Part shown: piece after piece, positions 1 through 9,254 of the stretch
How the letters are laid out: each line of letters opens with the position of its first letter
Position numbering within the stretch: the stretch's first letter is position 1
Origin: Dickeya solani IPO 2222
Lineage (GTDB): Bacteria > Pseudomonadota > Gammaproteobacteria > Enterobacterales > Enterobacteriaceae
DNA length: 32,000 nt
NCBI RefSeq assembly: GCF_001644705.1
Contig: NZ_CP015137.1
Coordinates: 90,001 to 122,000 of the forward strand
Direction of reading: 5' to 3'
The notes under the pieces: generated by a model
Told to the model about the DNA's origin: nothing
Databases searched by the model: none
Seen by the model: the letters and a program-made list of their open reading frames with translations, nothing else
Made by a program: the position numbers and the translations under genes

Positions 1-487
1 CGCCATCGCGCTCGCCAATCAGCCCAGGCTGCTGATCGCCGATGAACCGACCAACGCGATGGAGGCTACCACGCAGGCACAGATTTTCCGCCTGCTCGCC
101 CGGCTCAATCAGAACAACAACACCACCATTCTGCTGATCAGCCACGATTTGCAAACCATGAGCAAATGGGCGGACCGCATCAACGTATTGTACTGCGGCC
201 AGACGGTGGAAAGCGCGGTCAGCGATGAGTTGATCAGCGCGCCGCATCACCCTTATACCCAGGCGCTGATCCGCGCCATGCCGGACTTCGGCTGCTCACT
301 GCCGCACAAAAGCCGCCTCAACGCGCTGCCAGGAGCGATCCCGTCGCTGGCACACCTACCGGTGGGTTGCCGGCTGGGGCCGCGTTGCCCCTATTCACAG
401 AAAGAGTGCATGACGGCGCCGCCGCTCATCCCGGTGAAAACCCACTGGTACGCCTGCCACTTCCCGCTCAACATGGAGGAATCCTGA
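1..487 (+). CDS. sapD: Peptide/putrescine ABC transporter ATP-binding protein SapD, C-terminal part (5' end outside the window)
   Basis: The reading frame is open from the window edge (phase starting at nt 2): [25 protein letters not shown]... It carries the ABC Walker B motif LLIADEPT, the H-loop LLISHD and the Cys-containing C-terminal extension typical of Opp/Dpp/Sap-type ATPases. Its stop overlaps the start of the next ABC ATPase gene (sapF), and fabI lies downstream as in E. coli. Confidence 0.9.
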   Translation, partial: AIALANQPRLLIADEPTNAMEATTQAQIFRLLARLNQNNNTTILLISHDLQTMSKWADRINVLYCGQTVESAVSDELISAPHHPYTQALIRAMPDFGCSLPHKSRLNALPGAIPSLAHLPVGCRLGPRCPYSQKECMTAPPLIPVKTHWYACHFPLNMEES

Positions 488-1302
488 TGGTGGAAACCCT
501 ACTGGAAGCCCGTAACCTCACCAAGACCTTCCGCTACCGTACCGGCTGGTTCCGGCGCCAACACGTCGAAGCGGTGAAATCGGTGAGTTTTACTCTGCGG
601 GAACGACAAACGCTGGCGATCATCGGTGAAAACGGCTCGGGCAAATCCACGCTGGCCAAGATGCTGACCGGTGTGATCCCGCCCACCTCCGGCGAACTGG
701 TGATTGACGACCATCCGCTGGCTTACGGCGATTATCACTACCGTAGCCAGCGTATTCGTATGATCTTTCAGGATTCGGCCAACTCGCTCAACCCGCGTCA
801 GCGCATCGGTCAGTTACTGGAGTTACCGCTGCGGCTCAATACCGACCTGACGCCGCAGGAGCGGGAGAAAGCCATTAACCTGGCGTTGCGCCAGGTCGGC
901 TTGCGCGCCGATCACGCTACCTATTATCCACACGCGCTGGCGCCCGGTCAGAAACAACGTATCGGGCTGGCGCGGGCGTTGATCCTGCAACCCAAAGTGA
1001 TCGTGGCGGATGAAGTGTTGGCGTCGCTGGATATGTCGGTGCGTTCGCAGATCATCAACCTGATGCTGGAGCTGCAGGAGAAACACGGTATCTCCTATAT
1101 CTATGTCACCCAGCATCTGGGCATGATGAAACACATCAGCGACCAGATTCTGGTGATGCAGGCAGGTGAAGTGGTCGAGCGCGGCAGCACCGCCGATGTG
1201 CTGGCCTCGCCGCTGCACGACCTGACCAAGCGTCTGATCACCAGTCACTTTGGCGAAGCGCTGAGCGCCGACGCCTGGCGTCGCGACAGCAGCCCCGGCT
1301 GA
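487..1302 (+). CDS. sapF: Peptide/putrescine ABC transporter ATP-binding protein SapF
   Basis: The ATG at 487 overlaps the sapD stop (TGATG). The product begins [15 protein letters not shown] and has Walker A GENGSGKST and Walker B-like VIVADEVLASLD. At 271 aa it is similar in length and sequence to enterobacterial SapF. The ORF-track start at 367 lies inside sapD and is rejected. Confidence 0.92.
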   Translation: MVETLLEARNLTKTFRYRTGWFRRQHVEAVKSVSFTLRERQTLAIIGENGSGKSTLAKMLTGVIPPTSGELVIDDHPLAYGDYHYRSQRIRMIFQDSANSLNPRQRIGQLLELPLRLNTDLTPQEREKAINLALRQVGLRADHATYYPHALAPGQKQRIGLARALILQPKVIVADEVLASLDMSVRSQIINLMLELQEKHGISYIYVTQHLGMMKHISDQILVMQAGEVVERGSTADVLASPLHDLTKRLITSHFGEALSADAWRRDSSPG

Positions 1303-1359
1303 CCCGCCGGGCGAAGACAGCAGGATAAGTGGTTGGAGTACCCCTTGGGGCGCCATACA

Positions 1360-1368
1360 TGCTAGAAT
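1360..1368 (+). promoter_or_regulatory. Candidate extended -10 element (TGcTAGAAT) upstream of fabI
   Basis: TGCTAGAAT lies about 90 bp upstream of the fabI ATG. No good -35 is present, which is compatible with an extended -10 promoter. This is a motif match only. Confidence 0.25.
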
Positions 1369-1453
1369 CGCCCGGTTTATTCACACCGATCATGGTAAAT
1401 AATTATTTTTATTAACGATGATCGCAGCAACAATGATCACAAAGGATACTGCC

Positions 1454-2245
1454 ATGGGTTTTCTTAACGGTAAGCGCATTCTGGTAACGGGCGTTGCCAG
1501 CAACCGCTCCATCGCATACGGTATCGCACAGGCTATGCATCGCGAAGGTGCAGAACTGGCGTTCACCTACCAGAACGACAAGCTGAAATCACGTGTGGAA
1601 GAGTTTGCCAAAGAGTTCGATTCGAGCATCGTTTTGCCGTGTGATGTTGCGGAAGATGCCAGCATTGACGCGCTGTTCGCCGAACTGGCGAAAGTCTGGC
1701 CGAAATTCGATGGTTTCGTGCATTCCATCGCTTACGCGCCGGGCGACCAGTTGGACGGCGACTACGTGAACGCGGTCACCCGCGAAGGTTTTGCCATCGC
1801 TCACGACATCAGCGCCTACAGCTTTGTGGCGATGGCGAAAGCCTGTCGCAGCATGCTGAACCCGAACTCCGCGCTGATGACCCTGTCTTACCTGGGTGCC
1901 GAGCGCGCCATCCCGAACTACAACGTAATGGGCCTGGCGAAAGCGTCGCTGGAAGCCAACGTGCGCTACATGGCCAACGCCATGGGCCGCGACGGCGTGC
2001 GCGTCAATGCGGTCTCCGCGGGTCCGATCCGCACACTGGCGGCGTCCGGCATCAAGAACTTCAAGAAGATGCTGTCTCACTGCGAAGCGGTCACTCCGAT
2101 CCGCCGCGTGGTCACCATTGAAGACGTGGGCAACGCCGCGGCCTTCATGTGTTCCGACCTGGCTGCCGGTATCTCCGGCGAAGTTCTGCACGTTGACGGC
2201 GGCTTCAACATCGCCGCGATGAACGAGCTGGAACTGGGCGATTAA
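1454..2245 (+). CDS. fabI: Enoyl-[acyl-carrier-protein] reductase (NADH) FabI
   Basis: From the internal ATG at 1454 the product reads [45 protein letters not shown]..., nearly identical to the E. coli FabI N-terminus ([13 protein letters not shown]...). It is 263 aa. The 12 upstream codons of the ORF-track call have no counterpart in FabI. Confidence 0.97.
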   Translation: MGFLNGKRILVTGVASNRSIAYGIAQAMHREGAELAFTYQNDKLKSRVEEFAKEFDSSIVLPCDVAEDASIDALFAELAKVWPKFDGFVHSIAYAPGDQLDGDYVNAVTREGFAIAHDISAYSFVAMAKACRSMLNPNSALMTLSYLGAERAIPNYNVMGLAKASLEANVRYMANAMGRDGVRVNAVSAGPIRTLAASGIKNFKKMLSHCEAVTPIRRVVTIEDVGNAAAFMCSDLAAGISGEVLHVDGGFNIAAMNELELGD

Positions 2246-2254
2246 TGTCGTCAT

Positions 2255-2282
2255 CCTGTGCCGGGCAGTTGCCCGGCACAGG
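2255..2282. terminator. GC-rich hairpin between convergent fabI and the LysR gene (possible terminator)
   Basis: CCTGTGCCGGGCA-gt-TGCCCGGCACAGG forms a perfect 13-bp stem 10 nt after the fabI stop. There is no clear U-tract on either strand. Confidence 0.45.
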
Positions 2283-2390
2283 GTTGCCGTGCTGTGAATG
2301 ACCGCTATTCCCCTGCCTGTTTGCTGTGCTTTCGTTGTTTCTTTTCTTTCTCAGTAAAATCACCAATACCCAATCGCCACCGTGGTTACG

Positions 2391-3294
2391 CTAGCGATCC
2401 ATCAGCCATTGCTGCGCCGCCTCAAAGAAATGCTGCGCCAGCATGGTCGCGCGCCCGGCTTCGGCGATCACCACCGCGCCGTGACGCGGCATCGGCGTCA
2501 GTGCCAGCGGTCGCCAGGCCAGTTCCGGCGTCATCGCCGGCAACAGGCTGCCATTGGGCACAATGCCGCATCCCAGCCCGACAAATACGCTTTGCATCAA
2601 TTGCAGCACCGACGCGCTTTCCACCCGTACCCGCGGCGTGATTGCCGCCTCACGGAACTAACTGGCTGTCCAGATAGCGACGGAAATAACGGCTGGGTTC
2701 CGCCAGACACAACGGAATATTGGCGAGATCCGACAACGTCAGCGGACTGTCGCCGTGCAGACGGGGAAAATGGCGCGGATGATACAGCAGCGATGCGCCC
2801 TGCTCCGCCAGCGACGACGCCTGAAAATGCAGTTCGCGCAGCGTAGCCAGCTCGAAAAAACCGATCCCGACATCCACCGTGTGGGCGGTAAGCGCCTCCA
2901 GCAACTGATCCGTGCTGAACAGCGATACCTGATAGTCCATCTCTGGATAAGCGTGGCTGACCGCCGCCAGCAATTCGGGCAGCGCTATGCTGCATTGCGG
3001 CACCGCGCCAATACGCAGCAGCCCGCTGGTGCCGCGCGTGAGTGACGCCACTTCCAGTTTCAGCCCCTGATACACCGACACCATTTCCCGCGCCCACGCC
3101 AGCACCCGCTCGCCTTCGGCGGTAAAACCTTCAAAATTATTGCCCCGATTGATGAGCGACAACCCCAGTTCTCGCTCCAGATTCTTCAACCGCATCGACA
3201 GCGTCGGCTGGCTGACGAAACTGGCCTCGGCCGCACGGCCAAAATGGCGCTCTTTTTCCAGATTGCACAAATAGATAAGTTGCTTGATGTCCAT
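2391..3294 (-). pseudogene. LysR-family transcriptional regulator, interrupted by a 1-nt frameshift near 2657-2659
   Basis: The N-terminal ORF runs from ATG 3294 (GGAG 8 nt upstream) to the stop at 2650. It reads MDIKQLIYLCNLEKERHFGRAAEASFVSQPTLSMRLKNLERELG..., a winged-HTH plus most of the effector domain. The adjacent ORF in the neighbouring frame (2657->2391) reads FREAAITPRVRVESASVLQLMQSVFVGLGCGIVPNGSL..., a typical LysR C-terminal segment. Joined, the two parts give about 300 aa. The junction is ...GAC AGC CAG TTA G TTC CGT GAG GCG... Confidence 0.85.
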
Positions 3295-3433
3295 CAGCGT
3301 CTCCAACAGGGCGGGCCGGGTCAGTATACCACCGCACAATCTGCATCAGGGGCCGGCGCCACGATAAACAACCTCTATCCCACCATCACTCCCTTTGATT
3401 AGACGCCATGCTGCCCGCCTCCTACACTCTTGG

Positions 3434-3445
3434 TTAGCAAGCAAA
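3434..3445. promoter_or_regulatory. SlyA-consensus-like box (TTAGCAAGCAAA) in the LysR / YdeP-like divergent promoter region
   Basis: It matches 11 of 12 positions of the SlyA recognition sequence TTAGCAAGCTAA as I recall it. It lies 53-64 bp upstream of the ATG at 3498 in an AT-rich stretch. This is a motif match only. Confidence 0.25.
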
Positions 3446-3497
3446 GATTTAAAGTTTTTTTTACATACTTAAAACATCATCACCTGCGTAGCGAATC

Positions 3498-5807
3498 ATG
3501 AAATTCAAATCCTCCGTCAAGCCATACCGCGCCGCTGCGGGCGGCTGGGGCTCTCTTGAAGCCACCACCCGTTTTGTACTGGACAGCAAACAGGCGCTGA
3601 AAAATATCCGCAATTTGATGCGGGTCAATAAAAGCAAAGGATTCGACTGTCCCGGCTGCGCCTGGGGCGACGACAACAGCAGCACTTTCAGCTTCTGTGA
3701 AAACGGCGCCAAAGCGGTCAGTTGGGAAGCGACTCGCAAAGCCGCCGGGCCGGACTTCTTCGCCGAACACAGCGTCAGCACATTGCGCCGCCAGAGCGAC
3801 TATTTTCTTGAATATCAGGGCCGGCTGACCCACCCGCTGCGCTACGATCGTGACAGCGACCACTATGTGCCGATCGGCTGGGACGAGGCGTTTGCGCTGA
3901 TCGCCCGCCATATCCATGTACTGGACCACCCAGACCAGATGGAACTCTATACCTCCGGGCGCGCCAGTAATGAAGCCTCCTATCTGTATCAGCTGTTCGG
4001 CCGTATGGCCGGCACCAACAATTTCCCCGACTGTTCCAACATGTGCCATGAAGCCAGCGGCTCTGGGCTGAAGCAGAGCATCGGCGTCGGTAAAGGCACG
4101 GTGCGATTAGCGGATTTCGAACACGCCGACGCCATTTTCGTGTTCGGCCAGAACCCCGGCACCAACCACCCGCGCATGCTGCACAGCCTGCGTCATGCCG
4201 CCGATCGCGGCGCGCATATCGTGGCGTTTAACACCTTGCGCGAGCGCGGCCTGGAACGTTTCGCCAACCCGCAAAATCCGTTGGAGCTGCTGACGCCGCT
4301 GTCCGGCACCATCAGCGAAACTTACCTGCAACCCAATTTGGGCGGCGATATGGCAGCAGTGCGCGGCATGGTAAAAACACTGCTGGAAACCCACCGTCAG
4401 CGGCTGGCGGCAGGCGAAACGGGATTGTTCGATCAGGCATTTATCGACCAGCATACCGACGGCGTGGCGGCGTATCTGCAACAGGTGGACGCCACCCCGT
4501 GGGACAAAATCGTGCAGCAGTCCGGGCTGAGTGAAGCGCAGATCCGCTACGTCGCCGGCATTTACCAGCAGTCTGAACGGGTGATCTGCACCTGGGCGAT
4601 GGGTATCACCCAACACCGGCATTCGGTCGCGACGGTGCGGGAAATCGTCAATTTGCAACTGTTGTTCGGCCAGCTCGGCAAGCCGGGCGCCGGTCTGTGC
4701 CCGGTGCGGGGTCACAGTAACGTACAGGGCAATCGCACTATGGGGATCGATGAGAAACCCGCCGACGCGCTGCTCGACAGTCTGGCGCGTCATTTCGGCT
4801 TTACCCCGCCGCGCGGCCACGGGCATAACACCGTACAGGCGCTGGAAGCGATGCTGCGTGATGAAATCCGGGTGCTGATCGCGCTGGGCGGCAACCTGGC
4901 CGCCGCCGCGCCGGATACCGACCGCACCGCACAGGCGCTAAGCCGTTGCGGTCTGACGGTGCATATCAGCACCAAGCTCAACCGCAGCCACCTGATTACC
5001 GCACGGCAAGATACGCTGATTCTGCCGACGCTGGGCCGCACCGAACGGGACATGCAGGCCAGCGGCCCGCAGTTCGTGACCGTCGAAGACTCATTCAGCA
5101 TGGTGCATGCCTCGGAAGGCATCAGCCCGCCGCTGTCGGATCAGCAGCGCTCGGAAACCGCCATCGTCGCCGGCATCGCCCACGCGGTGCTGGGGCGCGA
5201 CCACCTCGACTGGCCGGCGCTGGCCGCCGACTATAACCTGATCCGCGACCATATCGCCGCCACCCTGCCGGGCTTCGCCGATTTCAATCAGCGCTGCGCC
5301 GAGCCGGGCGGTTTCTGGCTCGGTAACGCGGCGGCGGCGTATCGATTCAACACCGCTAGCGGCAATGCGCGTTTCGGCGCTGCACCGCTGCCGGACAGCG
5401 TAGTGCCGATTTCCGGCGACGCACCCGCGCCGTTCACGCTGCAAACCTTGCGTTCCCACGACCAGTACAACACCACTATTTATGGGCTGGATGACCGTTA
5501 CCGCGGCGTATACGGCCAGCGCGACGTGCTGTTCATGCACCCGGAGGACATTGCCGCGCTCGGGTTGCAGGACGGCGATCGGGTAGATATCGAAACCCTG
5601 TGGCATGACCATATCGAGCGCAAAGTCACCGGTTTCCGGCTGGTCAGCTACGACATCCCGCGCGGCAATCTGGCGGCCTACTACCCGGAAACCAACCCGC
5701 TGGTGCCGCTGTCCAGCTATGGCGAAGGCACCTTCACGCCAACGTCCAAATCGGTGCCGGTGCGCATTACGCCCAGTGAGGCGGTAGCGCTGCAACGTAT
5801 CGCCTGA
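3498..5807 (+). CDS. Molybdopterin-dependent oxidoreductase, YdeP / formate-dehydrogenase-alpha-like family
   Basis: The 769-aa ORF is collinear with E. coli YdeP. Shared motifs include AAGGWGS, GFDCPGCAWGD, FCENGAKA, YTSGRASNEA, NNFPDCSNMCHE, GQNPGTNHPRML, WAMGITQH, CPVRGHSNVQG, TKLNRSH and RSHDQYNTTIYG..DRYRGV.GQRDV. Confidence 0.9.
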   Translation: MKFKSSVKPYRAAAGGWGSLEATTRFVLDSKQALKNIRNLMRVNKSKGFDCPGCAWGDDNSSTFSFCENGAKAVSWEATRKAAGPDFFAEHSVSTLRRQSDYFLEYQGRLTHPLRYDRDSDHYVPIGWDEAFALIARHIHVLDHPDQMELYTSGRASNEASYLYQLFGRMAGTNNFPDCSNMCHEASGSGLKQSIGVGKGTVRLADFEHADAIFVFGQNPGTNHPRMLHSLRHAADRGAHIVAFNTLRERGLERFANPQNPLELLTPLSGTISETYLQPNLGGDMAAVRGMVKTLLETHRQRLAAGETGLFDQAFIDQHTDGVAAYLQQVDATPWDKIVQQSGLSEAQIRYVAGIYQQSERVICTWAMGITQHRHSVATVREIVNLQLLFGQLGKPGAGLCPVRGHSNVQGNRTMGIDEKPADALLDSLARHFGFTPPRGHGHNTVQALEAMLRDEIRVLIALGGNLAAAAPDTDRTAQALSRCGLTVHISTKLNRSHLITARQDTLILPTLGRTERDMQASGPQFVTVEDSFSMVHASEGISPPLSDQQRSETAIVAGIAHAVLGRDHLDWPALAADYNLIRDHIAATLPGFADFNQRCAEPGGFWLGNAAAAYRFNTASGNARFGAAPLPDSVVPISGDAPAPFTLQTLRSHDQYNTTIYGLDDRYRGVYGQRDVLFMHPEDIAALGLQDGDRVDIETLWHDHIERKVTGFRLVSYDIPRGNLAAYYPETNPLVPLSSYGEGTFTPTSKSVPVRITPSEAVALQRIA

Positions 5808-5811
5808 TGCA

Positions 5812-5844
5812 CGGGCCGGGTGGATTCTTTTCGCGCCCGGCCCG
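5812..5844 (+). terminator. GC-rich hairpin downstream of the YdeP-like gene (possible terminator)
   Basis: CGGGCCGGGTG...CGCGCCCGGCCCG forms a stem of 9-11 bp starting 5 nt after the stop codon. There is no U-tract. Confidence 0.35.
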
Positions 5845-5972
5845 GCAATATTCCCGTCTATATGGGTGACGATGGATCTTCCCATCCCCGCCGAACAACG
5901 CTTGCCGCCAGCGGCCGATTCGCGTAAAACTGTCTGCCGCTAAAGCCACTATTAACCGCAATTCTGGACGCT

Positions 5973-7904
5973 ATGTTTCAAGACAATCCGCTGCTTGCGC
6001 AGCTTAAACAGCAACTCCACTCTCAGACGCCGCGAGCGGAAGGCATTGTAAAAGCCACCGACAAAGGATTCGGTTTTCTTGAAGCCGACGGGCAGAAGAG
6101 CTACTTCATCCCGCCGCCGCACATGAAGAAAGTGATGCACGGCGACCGTATCATCGCCGCGCTGCATACCGAGAAAGAGCGCGAAATCGCCGAGCCGGAA
6201 ACGCTGGTGGAACCGTTCCTGAGCCGCTTTGTCGGTCGGGTACAGAAAAAAGACGACCGTCTGTCCATCGTGCCGGATCATCCGCTGCTGAAAGACGCCA
6301 TTCCCTGCCGCCCGGCGCGCGAAGTCGAGCAGGATTTTAAAGAAGGCGACTGGGCGGTGGCGGAAATGCGTCGTCACCCGTTGAAAGGCGATCGCGGCTT
6401 TTTTGCTGACCTGACCCACTACATTACTACCGGCGACGACCCGCTGGCGCCCTGGTGGGTGACGCTGTCGCGTCATAACCTGGAGCGCGTCGCGCCGGAC
6501 GCGGATGCCGCCGATCTCGACGACGGCCAGCTTGAACGCGAAGATCTGACCGGGCTGGATTTTGTCACCATCGACAGCGCCAGTACCGAAGATATGGATG
6601 ACGCGCTGTATGTGCAGGACAACGGCGACGGCACGCTGGAGATGACCGTGGCGATCGCCGATCCGACTGCCTACGTGCGTGCCGACAGCGAGCTGGACGC
6701 CATCGCCCGTCAGCGTGCGTTCACCAACTACCTGCCCGGCTTCAATATTCCGATGCTGCCGCGCCACCTGTCTGACGACATCTGCTCGCTGCGCCCGAAC
6801 GAACGCCGCCCGGTGCTCGCCTGCCGCATGACGATCGCCGCCGACGGCGCGCTGAGCCAGATTCGGTTCTTTGCCGCCTGGATCGAGTCGCGCGCCAAAC
6901 TGGTGTACGACGAGGTGTCCAACTGGCTGGAGCAACAGGGCGACTGGCAGCCGGAAAGCGATAATATCGCCAGCCAGATCCGTCTGCTGCACCGCGTGTG
7001 CCAGGCTCGAAGCGCCTGGCGCACCACCCACGCGTTGGTGTTCCGCGACCGTCCGGATTACCGCTTCATGCTGGGTGAAAACGGCGAGGTGCTGGATATC
7101 GTCACCGAACCGCGTCGCATCGCCAACCGTATCGTGGAAGAAGCGATGATCGCCGCCAACGTCTGCGCGGCGCAAGTATTGCGCGACGAACTGGGTTTTG
7201 GCATCTACAACGTTCACAACGGTTTCGACCCGGTCAGCATCGATCAAGCGGTGGCGGTACTGGAAAGCAACGGTATTCATGCCGACGCCCAGCAACTGCT
7301 GACGCTGGATGGCTTCTGCGTTCTGCGCCGCGAGCTGGACTCCCAGCCGACCCAGTTTCTCGACAGCCGCATTCGCCGCTTCCAGACGTTTGCGGAAATC
7401 AGCACCGCGCCCGGCCCGCACTTCGGTTTGGGGCTGGAGGCTTACGCCACCTGGACCTCGCCGATCCGTAAATACGGCGATATGGTCAACCACCGGTTGC
7501 TGAAAGCGATCATCACGCATACGCCGGCGGAAAAACCGCAGGACGAGGTAACGCTGCAACTGGCCGAGCGTCGCCGCCTCAACCGGATGGCGGAACGCGA
7601 CGTCAGCGACTGGCTGTACGCCCGTTTCCTGAAAGACAAAGCCGGCACCGACGCCCGCTTTACCGGTGAGATTATGGACGTTAATCGCGGCGGTCTGCGT
7701 GTACGCTTGCTGGAAAACGGCGCCACCGCCTTTATTCCGGCGTCGTTCATTCACGCGGTGCGAGACGAACTGGTGTGCAGTCAAGACACCGGCATCGTCA
7801 CGGTGAAAGGCGAACCGGTCTACCGCCAGAGCGATACCCTGACGGTGATGCTGACCGAGGTGCGGCTCGAAACCCGCAACATCATCGCCAAACCGGCGGC
7901 CTGA
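5973..7904 (+). CDS. rnb: Exoribonuclease II (RNase II)
   Basis: The 643-aa product begins [37 protein letters not shown]..., essentially identical to the E. coli Rnb N-terminus. Cold-shock-like, RNB and S1 regions are recognisable throughout. Confidence 0.97.
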   Translation: MFQDNPLLAQLKQQLHSQTPRAEGIVKATDKGFGFLEADGQKSYFIPPPHMKKVMHGDRIIAALHTEKEREIAEPETLVEPFLSRFVGRVQKKDDRLSIVPDHPLLKDAIPCRPAREVEQDFKEGDWAVAEMRRHPLKGDRGFFADLTHYITTGDDPLAPWWVTLSRHNLERVAPDADAADLDDGQLEREDLTGLDFVTIDSASTEDMDDALYVQDNGDGTLEMTVAIADPTAYVRADSELDAIARQRAFTNYLPGFNIPMLPRHLSDDICSLRPNERRPVLACRMTIAADGALSQIRFFAAWIESRAKLVYDEVSNWLEQQGDWQPESDNIASQIRLLHRVCQARSAWRTTHALVFRDRPDYRFMLGENGEVLDIVTEPRRIANRIVEEAMIAANVCAAQVLRDELGFGIYNVHNGFDPVSIDQAVAVLESNGIHADAQQLLTLDGFCVLRRELDSQPTQFLDSRIRRFQTFAEISTAPGPHFGLGLEAYATWTSPIRKYGDMVNHRLLKAIITHTPAEKPQDEVTLQLAERRRLNRMAERDVSDWLYARFLKDKAGTDARFTGEIMDVNRGGLRVRLLENGATAFIPASFIHAVRDELVCSQDTGIVTVKGEPVYRQSDTLTVMLTEVRLETRNIIAKPAA

Positions 7905-7918
7905 TTCGCGCCAGTCCC

Positions 7919-7947
7919 ACGCCACCCATTCGGGTGGCGTTTTTTTT
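7919..7947 (+). terminator. Rho-independent terminator of rnb
   Basis: ACGCCACCC-attc-GGGTGGCGT (9-bp stem) is followed by TTTTTTT, starting 15 nt after the rnb stop. Confidence 0.85.
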
Positions 7948-8008
7948 ATCGTCGGATCGCCTGTCGACCCTCCCCTACAAGAGATAACGGCATAACGGAG
8001 ATGTGAAC

Positions 8009-8926
8009 ATGAAAAGAATCACACTGGGAAAAAGCACCCTGTCGGTCCCGAACATCGCGCTGGGCTGTATGCGGCTGGCGGGTAAGACGCAGCAGGACGC
8101 GGTGACGTTGTTGCAGACGGCGCTCGACGCCGGGATCGATTTCTTTGACCATGCCGATATCTACGGCGGCGGGCGTTCCGAAGAGATATTCGCCGCTGCA
8201 GTACGTCAGGCCGGCATCGCCCGTGACCACCTGCTGATACAGAGCAAATGCGGTATCCGCCCCGGTTTTTTCGATTTCTCCAAAGCGCACATTATCGCTG
8301 CGGTCGAAGGCAGCCTGAAACGGCTGAACACCGATTACCTTGATACCCTGCTGCTGCACCGCCCGGATACGCTATGCGAGCCGGACGAAGTCGCCGCCGC
8401 GTTTGACGAACTGGAAGCCAGCGGCAAAGTGCGCCATTTTGGCGTCAGCAACCAGCATCCGTTACAGGTTGAATTGCTGAAAACCGCAGTACGCCAGCCG
8501 TTGATCGCCAATCAGTTGCAGTTCAGCATCATGCACACGCCGATGATCGACGCCGGCCTCAACGTCAACATGACCCACGCACCGTCACTCCACCACGACG
8601 GCATGGTACTGGAATACAGCCGGTTGCAGGGGATGACCATTCAGGCATGGTCGCCGTTTCAGTACGGTTTTTTTGACGGCGTGTTTGTGGACAACGACAA
8701 GTTTCCGCAACTGAACGCCACCCTGAGCCACATCGCCAGCCAACACAGCGTGTCCGCCACCGCCCTCGCCGCAGCCTGGATTCTCCGTCATCCGGCCAGC
8801 ATGCAGGTGGTAGTCGGCAGTATGGACCCACATCGTCTGCAAGACATCGCCACCGCTTCCGAACTGCGTATCAGCCGCGAGGAGTGGTACGAAATCTACC
8901 GTGCCGCCGGCAACAAACTGCCCTGA
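8009..8926 (+). CDS. Aldo/keto reductase family oxidoreductase (YdhF-like)
   Basis: The ATG at 8009 has GGAG 8 nt upstream; the ORF-track start at 8003 is a GTG two codons earlier. AKR motifs present include GCMRL, FFDHADIYGGGRSEE, LLLHRPD, GKVRHFGVSN and a C-terminal ...LP. It resembles E. coli YdhF over its full length at moderate similarity. Confidence 0.85.
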   Translation: MKRITLGKSTLSVPNIALGCMRLAGKTQQDAVTLLQTALDAGIDFFDHADIYGGGRSEEIFAAAVRQAGIARDHLLIQSKCGIRPGFFDFSKAHIIAAVEGSLKRLNTDYLDTLLLHRPDTLCEPDEVAAAFDELEASGKVRHFGVSNQHPLQVELLKTAVRQPLIANQLQFSIMHTPMIDAGLNVNMTHAPSLHHDGMVLEYSRLQGMTIQAWSPFQYGFFDGVFVDNDKFPQLNATLSHIASQHSVSATALAAAWILRHPASMQVVVGSMDPHRLQDIATASELRISREEWYEIYRAAGNKLP

Positions 8927-8933
8927 TATCCCC

Positions 8934-8951
8934 GCCCGGCTCGCGCCGGGC
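8934..8951 (+). terminator. Short GC hairpin after the aldo/keto reductase gene (possible terminator)
   Basis: GCCCGGC-tcgc-GCCGGGC is followed by TT, 8 nt after the stop codon. Confidence 0.35.
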
Positions 8952-9254
8952 TTGCCCTCCCCACACGCCGACGCGTTTTTGCCCGGACGACTGGTTATTC
9001 AGCCCGTACCGGCATCACATTTTATGACCGCACGCCGACGACTGCCTTCCTGCTCCGGAAACCGGCGAAAAACCTTTTTCATAACAAAAATATAGCTTTG
9101 TTCACATTTTTGTCTTGTTCTGACTACACCGCTTAATCGCTGCACTATGTTGTCTATGATGCCCCGGTGTTTATGATGCCTCGCGTTATCCGTTTCACCG
9201 CATGGCGGCACCGTTGCGGGCAGGTCGAATGACAACCAGTCAGGAGTCCGTGAG

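Noticed and set aside
367-486. An upstream start for sapF at 367.
   Set aside because: It lies entirely within the sapD coding frame. The conserved SapF N-terminus starts at the ATG at 487, which overlaps the sapD stop.
2258-3097. Several 70-170-codon ORFs in other frames and strands over the LysR locus (2258-2641+, 2382-2846+, 2597-3097-, 2755-3045+).
   Set aside because: Their translations are Arg/Ala/Pro-rich with no domain-like sequence, and they overlap a clearly LysR-encoding frame. They are GC-driven spurious ORFs.
5952-7925. A 657-codon ORF on the minus strand exactly antisense to rnb.
   Set aside because: It is a shadow ORF, typical of GC-rich coding DNA. Its translation is Arg/Gly/Ala/Val-rich low-complexity sequence with no recognisable motifs, whereas the plus strand encodes a near-perfect RNase II. 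The same reasoning applies to 9690-11279 (antisense to cstA), 22251-23195 (antisense to acnA), 24521-25414 (antisense to pdxY), 25844-26797 (antisense to tyrS), 19723-20499 (antisense to the OppA/MppA-like gene), 14416-15240, 15418-16428 and similar ORFs.
9060-9130. A CRP site upstream of cstA (TTGTTCACATTTTT).
   Set aside because: Only the TCACA half-site is present. The expected TGTGA six bases upstream is missing (ATATA). It is too weak to call, although cstA is CRP-dependent in E. coli.
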